From: Phycisphaerales bacterium
GTDB taxonomy: Bacteria > Planctomycetota > Phycisphaerae > WQYP01
Direction: 5' to 3'
DNA: 12,890 bases
Assembly: GCA_027451365.1 (NCBI GenBank)
Contig: DAIDJN010000013.1
Location: forward strand, 1 to 12,890
Made by a program: the position numbers and the translations under genes. Shown one piece after another: positions 6,784 to 12,890 of this stretch. Every line of letters begins with the position of its first letter. Positions within the stretch are counted from its first letter, which is position 1. The notes under the pieces are model-generated. The model was not told the DNA's origin and did not search any database. It saw nothing but the letters and a program-made list of their open reading frames with translations.

Positions 6784-8763
6784 TTATCGGTTGTTGACTT
6801 GCTGAATGGCCAGATTCAGGCGATCCTGCGTCATGTTTACCATAGCGTTGGTCGCAGCCCGGTTATCCAGCACCAGTCGTGCCGCGTGAATCCAGTAATA
6901 AAGGTTGGATATGGATCGCTGCGGCGGCCCATATTTCGCGGGAACCGTGGCCGGTGCGTGCCAGACCTTTGCAAAAAGCTGTTCGGCCATGGCAAGCCGC
7001 TTACGCAGCACGCCAGTGGCCGGGGGAAGAAAGAATGCATATGGAACATTCTGAATCAGCAACGGGCGATCGCTTTTACTGATCATACCAACGCCGAAAT
7101 AGCAGGGTTTTGCCGATGGCCGCGGATGGCGTATCTGCCACGTCTGCTCAAGTCGGTCATGCGTCAGGGCCACACATCGGCCGTTTATATAAATGGCATA
7201 ACCGGCCGCGGCGGAGTTAGGCCGCCATCGCAGAAGAAGCATTCCGCCAACCTTGTGCACCGATGGATGCAGGTTGACGATGGGATGGCCGTTTAATCGA
7301 ACGTTGTGAAAATGAAGATCAGCCGCATTTTTAAACCAGAATCCGATAAGACCGGGTTGAATATGTTGAATTTTCACCTGACTGAACCGGATGTTCGCCA
7401 TGGGCACCGGTTGAAGGTTCAACATTGCCGCGACCGGTTGCGGGGAAAAGTGGCCTGCGCCTCTGGGTGGCGACTGACTGATTCGCCCAATCTTGACCCG
7501 CGATATCGACCAGTCCCGAATATCCGGAGCAAAACCGGCGTCCGGCAGCTTGTATTTCCCGGCCCAATTGACCGCCTGATCCGCCATGGAACGGGCATTT
7601 TTTGCCGTGATGCCGCGAAAATAAATATGGCGTATGAATCCGCCGCGTCGTCCGCCCCATTTCATGAAAATAATATTGGCACCATTGCCGAATGTATTGT
7701 TCAGCGCGCACACGTCGCGGATTCCGCCGGACATTTCACTGCCGAATCCGATGTTATGTGAAAGCCAGTTGTTTTGAATAACAACATTTTCCGTTGGGCG
7801 ACCCCCATTGACCGCCCAGCCGTCGGCATTTTTTCCACTTTTGATCACAATATTGTCATCATCCGTGCGGATATGGCATTTCTGAACCAGCACCTCTTGC
7901 GAGGAATCCAGATCAATTCCGTCGTCCATATTCAGCCTGTTGTTGTGTACCAGCACATGTTGAATGGTGACATTGCTGCAGAAACAGGGGTGAATCGTCC
8001 AGAACGGTGAGTGACGGAATGTAACGCCACTGATCAGAATATTCCGGCAGAATTCCAGATCACAGAATTCCGGCATCAGGTGGTATCCCGGTCCCATGAC
8101 CCGCTTCCGCATCGCGGGCAGATGATTGGCCATTGCGCGAACCAGTTTGCGGTCCGCCCACTTCTTCTTAAGCTGACTTTTGTACCACCGGAGCCACGGC
8201 GAGTGCGGCCGATTGCGTCCGCCACCGAATATGCCCCGCCCGGTAATGGCAATATTCCATTGGCGGATGGCGTAAATCAGCGGCTCGTAGTTGTAAATCC
8301 AAACCCCTTCGTAACGCACCAGCACACAACCTTTGTGCGGGCCATAAGGTACCAGATAGTCCGCCGGATTTAATCCGAATCGCACCACCGCGCCGGCTTG
8401 CACATGCAGATTCACGTTGGATAAAAGCCGGATAGAGCCATTGCAGATGTAAGTGCCGGCGGCCACCTGCACCGTTCCGCCGCCCGCTTTATGGCAGGCC
8501 TCAATAGCCCGTTCAAATGCGAAGCGGCAGTTGGTGGTGCCGTCGGCAATCGCGCCATATGCGGTCACACTGAATTGGCGGTCGGGGAATGTCGGTGGAT
8601 GAATCTTGGCCAGAATGTGGTGATATAGTGCCCTGTTCCAGCACGGCGTGCTTGACGCGGGCGCTGTGGCACGCAATCCGCCGTCCCCGCAGGCTTGCGT
8701 CAGACAGCAGAAAAAGGCAAGTGGTGCCCATACGCATAACAGCACACGCGATATTGTCGGCAC
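6784..8763 (-). CDS. GH28 polygalacturonase-like glycoside hydrolase with C-terminal FN3-like and FIVAR-like modules
   Basis: Start moved to GTG 8763 (AGGAG at 8775-8771), which gives a signal peptide. Motifs YGAIADG, GGGTVQV, SPFWTIHP, DGIDLDSS, TDDDNIVIKSG and GSEMSGG. Confidence 0.9.
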   Translation of the reverse strand: MPTISRVLLCVWAPLAFFCCLTQACGDGGLRATAPASSTPCWNRALYHHILAKIHPPTFPDRQFSVTAYGAIADGTTNCRFAFERAIEACHKAGGGTVQVAAGTYICNGSIRLLSNVNLHVQAGAVVRFGLNPADYLVPYGPHKGCVLVRYEGVWIYNYEPLIYAIRQWNIAITGRGIFGGGRNRPHSPWLRWYKSQLKKKWADRKLVRAMANHLPAMRKRVMGPGYHLMPEFCDLEFCRNILISGVTFRHSPFWTIHPCFCSNVTIQHVLVHNNRLNMDDGIDLDSSQEVLVQKCHIRTDDDNIVIKSGKNADGWAVNGGRPTENVVIQNNWLSHNIGFGSEMSGGIRDVCALNNTFGNGANIIFMKWGGRRGGFIRHIYFRGITAKNARSMADQAVNWAGKYKLPDAGFAPDIRDWSISRVKIGRISQSPPRGAGHFSPQPVAAMLNLQPVPMANIRFSQVKIQHIQPGLIGFWFKNAADLHFHNVRLNGHPIVNLHPSVHKVGGMLLLRWRPNSAAAGYAIYINGRCVALTHDRLEQTWQIRHPRPSAKPCYFGVGMISKSDRPLLIQNVPYAFFLPPATGVLRKRLAMAEQLFAKVWHAPATVPAKYGPPQRSISNLYYWIHAARLVLDNRAATNAMVNMTQDRLNLAIQQVNNR

Positions 8764-8870
8764 GTCATTTCTCCTGACTGGACCGGTGGAATTGTACCAT
8801 AACCGCAAATCGCCGACGGGCTTCACGCGTTCCGCCTGATCGAATTGAAATGGGGTTGGCGAAAAGCTTC

Positions 8871-8899
8871 TTGACAAACGCAAGCCGGTTGTTTATTCA
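8871..8899 (+). promoter_or_regulatory. Possible sigma70 promoter for the PAP2 gene
   Basis: Consensus TTGACA (8871-8876), 17-nt spacer, weak -10 TATTCA (8894-8899), ATG 6 nt later. Confidence 0.4.
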
Positions 8900-8905
8900 C
8901 GAATT

Positions 8906-9688
8906 ATGGAACAAAATGATCCGCAATCTGTCACTGGCCATTCGCCTGGTCCTGAAAAAAACCTGACCGACCCGGCTGGCAAACCGGCTCCCTGGTATCA
9001 ACCCGCACCGTGGCAATTTGATCTGGCATGGCCGCGATACCTTAAATTAACCGCAGTGCTTCTTCTTCTGGCCGTCGCATTCGTTTTCGATACGCCGATT
9101 GCCCGTTGGTTGTATCAGCATCCGGTAGTCTTCAAGTCAGATGTGAATCTGGAATTGATCTGGGCCATGCAGTTTGGTCAGTGGACCTGTTCGGTCATTG
9201 TGATACTGGCTGTTGCGCTTATTGACCCTCAGGGACGGCGGCGGGCGATTGCCTTGGCCACTGGTTGTTTAAGTGCCGTGGCGTGCTGTTATTTATTTAA
9301 GGGACTTTTCGGCCGCACCAGACCATGGGTTTTGCATAACGGTCTGTATCACTTTCTTGGCCCGGCGTATGGCTTCGGTCATGGCGCATCATATCAATCC
9401 TTCCCCAGCGCACACACCAGCGGGGCGTTCGCCCTGGCGGCGGGCCTTTCCTGGTTTTATCCGCGCGGGCGTGGATTGTTCTATTTTATGGGCCTGGTGG
9501 TGGCATGGCAGCGTGTCATGCGGCATGCGCATTTTCCTTCGGATGTTGTCGCAGGCGGTTTGCTGGCGGTCATCGTGGTCAGGACCGCGCTTTGGCTGGG
9601 TTGGCCCGGAAAACTCATCGCATTGTTTCCCAGGCAATGGCAGGCCTGGATTTTTACCGATAACGAAACGCGCCAGCGGCAAACCTGA
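8906..9688 (+). CDS. PAP2-family membrane phosphatase
   Basis: All three motifs present: KGLFGRTRP (C1), FPSAH (C2), RVMRHAHFPSDV (C3). Multiple TM helices. Confidence 0.93.
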   Translation: MEQNDPQSVTGHSPGPEKNLTDPAGKPAPWYQPAPWQFDLAWPRYLKLTAVLLLLAVAFVFDTPIARWLYQHPVVFKSDVNLELIWAMQFGQWTCSVIVILAVALIDPQGRRRAIALATGCLSAVACCYLFKGLFGRTRPWVLHNGLYHFLGPAYGFGHGASYQSFPSAHTSGAFALAAGLSWFYPRGRGLFYFMGLVVAWQRVMRHAHFPSDVVAGGLLAVIVVRTALWLGWPGKLIALFPRQWQAWIFTDNETRQRQT

Positions 9689-9985
9689 AAATGGAAAATT
9701 TGGGCGGCCGGCATAAAGCCGCCGCATTCCTGTCCCGCGAATTTGACGTCAACCAAAAAATTGATTGTTGCCGGGCCGTGGCGTTACCTAACTCCAATGC
9801 CGACGTGGACGTTCATCGCGTGATAGAGTTCCATGAATTTATCGAACGACACGTTGTACGTCGTTCGCGCGCGGATATATACACCAACTGACGCGTGGCC
9901 AGACTCGAGTGCCCTGACCCTGGTCGCGCGGGCAGCCAGGCCGTTTCCCCGGCACCAAGGCGGCCAACAATTGTTTATCGGCTGG

Positions 9986-10610
9986 CTACGCCATCTCCAG
10001 CGCCAGCATATTCCAATTTCTAAAGCCCCGATGACTTAACGGAGCGCCGGTATCGGGGTCATAATAGTCATTTAATGATCCACTGGTTGCAAGGTCTGAT
10101 GCCAAAAGTGACAACCTATATCAGGACGTGACACCTCAAAGGATCCGGATTTGCAACGTCAATCATAATGGCTATCCGTCCATCCTTGGCTTGATGGTCG
10201 AAAAAATTCAGCAGCCTTCCCCGCACATGGCGTCCAATGTTTTTTAACAGATCACGGTCGCCCGCCAGTTGGGCGGATCGAAAGAGCCCTATACTTGTCC
10301 ATAAGGTGTCCCAGTCCCACAATTGGGTGGAATAGGCTTTCCCCGGCAAGCTTGGAGAAATGCTCGGATGACGCAATATCCCCTGCGCCGGGCGTAACAG
10401 TCGAGGGGCCACCCCGTGAAAATAGGCCAGCAACTTTTCCGCCGCGACTTGGCGCGCGGTCGGCGAAGGGTTTGGTTTATTGGGCCCAGCGGGTTCGCCC
10501 TTCACCGAGCCAGCCGCCAGCGTCGCGCTGCTCTTCACGACTTCACTGCGGGAAGCAACGTCCGTCGCCGTCAGCCCCGCGAGTAAACTACGTCGTGAAA
10601 ATTGTTTCAT
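9986..10610 (-). pseudogene. Internally deleted Tat-exported (alpha/alpha)6 glycoside hydrolase (trehalase/GH63-like)
   Basis: The N-part (10610 to ~10135) has a Tat motif SRRSLL and YSTQLWDWDTLW. A different frame (~10117-9986) reads LSLLASDLATSGSLNDYYDPDTGAPLSHRGFRNWNMLALEMA*, a typical C-terminus of this family. The central part is missing. Confidence 0.8.
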
Positions 10611-11024
10611 TTTCGCATTACCTTTAAAACACTAAAAGAGGCATCCACGGTTTACATCATTGTACCCGTGCATTTTCTGCCGACCTAAAGCGCCGGGTCT
10701 GTGCAGCAGGCTCATTTGTTTGGCAGCTAAGGCCACCGGATCGCAAGAATTATTTGTAAGTAAAGACCGGATTCGTGATAAAAAAATGTGAGGCGGAGCT
10801 TGCGCGCGTCTGGGGGCGAACGCAGCCGGAGAATGTGTATAACGCCACATTCCTGGAATTGGTCTGCCATGAGTTGGGGCGGGATGCCGACGAGTTCAAA
10901 AGAAGTGATTGGGTTGCGGTTCACCCAGCCCTCGGAAAAGTGAGCCTCCCGGCCAGCATCCTGATGCACAGCCATGAACAAGGTGATCGCGGATTTTGGT
11001 GGTTACGCCGCCGAACCGCCAGCT

Positions 11025-12239
11025 TTATACCACTCTGGTCGAAGATTTGCCGGAAAAACCGACTGCAGCATACAAAATTTCCGGAAATGTATTCAACGCA
11101 TCGGCGGTAAGACTACCAAGAATGGGCCGCATCAACAGGTTGGAAAATAGATTTCCCGCATCCAGTCGGCTGGTGAATTCCCGGTACCAGGCCTGTTCAT
11201 ACGACTGGCCGATTGCCCCAAGTGACAGACCGTCGGCCCGCCCGGTGATTAACTTTTCGGCCAGCAGGCGGGCACTGCGCAGGGCCAAGGTCATCCCTTC
11301 GCCGATAAGTGCGTGAACTTCTCCAGCGGAATTGCCCGCATGGAAGCAGCCGTCGTGATACAAACGCCGTACACCCGGCCGCATGGGACCGCAGGAGTAC
11401 CATTTATCCCGTCGGATACCGTGCCGCATGATGCGCCAAAGCCCGCGATTTTCCGCCAGTAGGTAATTCAACAAGTCGTCAGCTCCGCGGAAGTGTTCCA
11501 ACAGACTCTGATGTGCGGCAAAGGCCAGATTATATGTTTTTGCCGGTGCGCCATATTGTTCAATCGCGTCACTGGTGCGCAATAGGCCGGCGTATATTTT
11601 GCCTGCACCGGCAATCACCGTGACATCATCCGGCATATCGCAATTGGAAAAATGTGCCTTAAAGCCCAGAAAGCCGGACGATGCCGACGGTCGCGAATCC
11701 TTCACGCCACCGGTAACCTCCGCTATGGGGGGTGCCATCCGCGGCTGTTGGCCAATCGGTTTGCCATCGGCCACAATAATAACTTTCGCGTGAAATTCTG
11801 ACGCATGATGCAGCGTCAGCGAAAAGCCGTGGTCTTTGGCGCGTTGAATGCCTTCGACGTGGGCCGGTTGTATAATCTGAACGCCACTGTCACGTGCGGC
11901 TGTCAGAATTAGCTGATCAAACCGATCTCGCGACAGAGCGCGGGCAAAATTCCCACCGCCATCGGCGGGCAGCGCGCATTCCAGTGCGTGGCCCGCCGCC
12001 GGAAATGCGACCATCCGCTGCAGGGGTGGTCCGGCAATGGCGTCAAAGGCTTGAAGGATTCCCAGTCGCTTGAGCACCGGACGCGCACCGGTGGAGACAA
12101 ATTCACCGCACACCTTCTGCCGTGGAAAAAGCTTTTGTTCAAAAAGGACCACGCTCAATCCGCCGCGAGCCAGCATGGAGGCGGCGGCCGCGCCGGCGGG
12201 GCCACCACCAACGACGGCAATATCAAAATTAGTGATCAT
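11025..12239 (-). CDS. NAD(P)/FAD-dependent oxidoreductase (geranylgeranyl reductase/FixC-like)
   Basis: VVGGGPAG Rossmann motif, FPRQKVCGEF, RDRFDQLIL, IVADG and AGNSAGEVHALIGEGM. AGGA RBS upstream. Confidence 0.9.
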   Translation of the reverse strand: MITNFDIAVVGGGPAGAAAASMLARGGLSVVLFEQKLFPRQKVCGEFVSTGARPVLKRLGILQAFDAIAGPPLQRMVAFPAAGHALECALPADGGGNFARALSRDRFDQLILTAARDSGVQIIQPAHVEGIQRAKDHGFSLTLHHASEFHAKVIIVADGKPIGQQPRMAPPIAEVTGGVKDSRPSASSGFLGFKAHFSNCDMPDDVTVIAGAGKIYAGLLRTSDAIEQYGAPAKTYNLAFAAHQSLLEHFRGADDLLNYLLAENRGLWRIMRHGIRRDKWYSCGPMRPGVRRLYHDGCFHAGNSAGEVHALIGEGMTLALRSARLLAEKLITGRADGLSLGAIGQSYEQAWYREFTSRLDAGNLFSNLLMRPILGSLTADALNTFPEILYAAVGFSGKSSTRVV

Positions 12240-12333
12240 GGGTGCCGTCCTGTTGCTACTTCTTCCGGATGGTACGGTATGGCATCATAGGCAGGCAGAG
12301 GTGCCAGACCAAAATGAAGGATTTTTGCGGAAA

Positions 12334-12404
12334 CTGGGGGATCTGGATTCGAACCAGAACAAGCAGAACCAAAATCTGCTGTGCTACCGTTACACCATCC
12401 CCCA
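12334..12404 (-). tRNA. tRNA-Gln(UUG), CCA not encoded
   Basis: Minus strand TGGGGGATGGTGTAACGGTAGCACAGCAGATTTTGGTTCTGCTTGTTCTGGTTCGAATCCAGATCCCCCAG: acceptor stem TGGGGGA/TCCCCCA, anticodon arm GCAGA-TT-TTG-GT-TCTGC, T-loop TTCGAAT. Confidence 0.97.
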
Positions 12405-12436
12405 AAACGATTCGGCTTAAATCGTTTGAGCCGTAC

Positions 12437-12466
12437 ACTTTATCCCATAGGCCGGCCCATGGTCAA
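12437..12466 (-). promoter_or_regulatory. sigma70-type promoter of tRNA-Gln
   Basis: TTGACC (12466-12461), 18-nt spacer, TAAAGT (12442-12437), about 30 nt upstream of the tRNA. Confidence 0.6.
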
Positions 12467-12526
12467 ACGGGCGAATCCGGGCGCAGGCCCCGCAACCCAC
12501 ACCACCGCATACGCGGTCTGCCATTA

Positions 12527-12890
12527 TTAAGCCGTAGTTCCCCGCACGAAAAGCAGAAAACCCCTGTAAATACAGGGGGTTCCGTTGTTTTCGCCATTCA
12601 CCGTACTGGGTACAACCCCAGCAGTTTCAAGGCTCGCTCCTGGAGGGGCGTTGCATCGCTGATGACGGTGAATTTTGGTTCCTCTGTTTTTCCTTTCTTT
12701 TTCTGCTCTGTTTTGGCGGGGACTGGCATCTTCTGAGCGTTGTCCTCCACCGGGTTGTCCTTCAGACGCATTACACAGGTATTGCGGGTCAGAGTGCCCA
12801 AGGCTCCCAGCAGCGAGGCAAAGCTCTGCAAGGGCAGCCCATCCTGGGTTTTGTGGGAATGTTTCTTTGCCAGAACGGACGCCGACGGTT
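12527..12890 (-). mobile_element. IS1634-family element, right end
   Basis: Transposase C-terminus, then a subterminal palindrome (12561-12578), then a putative end reading GGGAACTACGGC-TTAA on - (TTAA at 12527-12530). The exact boundary is inferred. Confidence 0.7.
12598..12888 (-). CDS. IS1634-family transposase, C-terminal fragment (5' end outside window)
   Basis: The frame stays open to the window edge: PSASVLAKKHSHKTQDGLPLQSFASLLGALGTLTRN...ATPLQERALKLLG, matching the DGLPxxSFxxLLxxLxTLTRN...TPLQxxAxxLLG tail of this family. Confidence 0.82.
   Translation of the reverse strand, partial: PSASVLAKKHSHKTQDGLPLQSFASLLGALGTLTRNTCVMRLKDNPVEDNAQKMPVPAKTEQKKKGKTEEPKFTVISDATPLQERALKLLGLYPVR

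Noticed and set aside
2332..8839. Numerous antisense or alternate-frame ORFs (e.g. 2627-3130, 3270-3746, 4164-4673, 6778-7296, 7306-7761)
   Set aside because: Shadow ORFs of well-supported genes in GC-rich DNA, with no motifs.
8764..8883. N-terminal extension of the GH28 ORF from TTG 8883
   Set aside because: It would leave almost no room for divergent promoters. AGGAG with GTG 8763 gives a proper signal peptide.
12242..12736. ORFs 12242-12736 (+) and 12256-12438 (-)
   Set aside because: They overlap the tRNA gene, and the longer one also overlaps the IS end.
1..12890. Composite transposon formed by the two terminal IS elements
   Set aside because: The elements belong to different families with different ends. 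IS at both edges more likely reflects assembly breaks at repeats.

Overview
A ~57% GC (visual estimate) bacterial window, most likely from Planctomycetota/Phycisphaerae (inferred from gene content and repeat types). Both edges are the 3' ends of insertion sequences: IS701-like at the left (+) and IS1634-like at the right (-). Between them, in order: a ~400-nt, densely base-paired, apparently non-coding segment (minus strand) cut by the IS701 end; a patch of three unrelated short-repeat types; a DUF2752 membrane protein plus two paralogous lipoproteins; a secreted hypothetical protein; a minus-strand run of GH128, sulfotransferase and GH28 genes; a PAP2 phosphatase; an internally deleted Tat-exported (alpha/alpha)6 glycoside hydrolase pseudogene; an FAD-dependent oxidoreductase; and tRNA-Gln(UUG). 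The best candidate for something undescribed is the structured RNA at ~142-545. All family calls come from motif recognition by eye; no searches were run.
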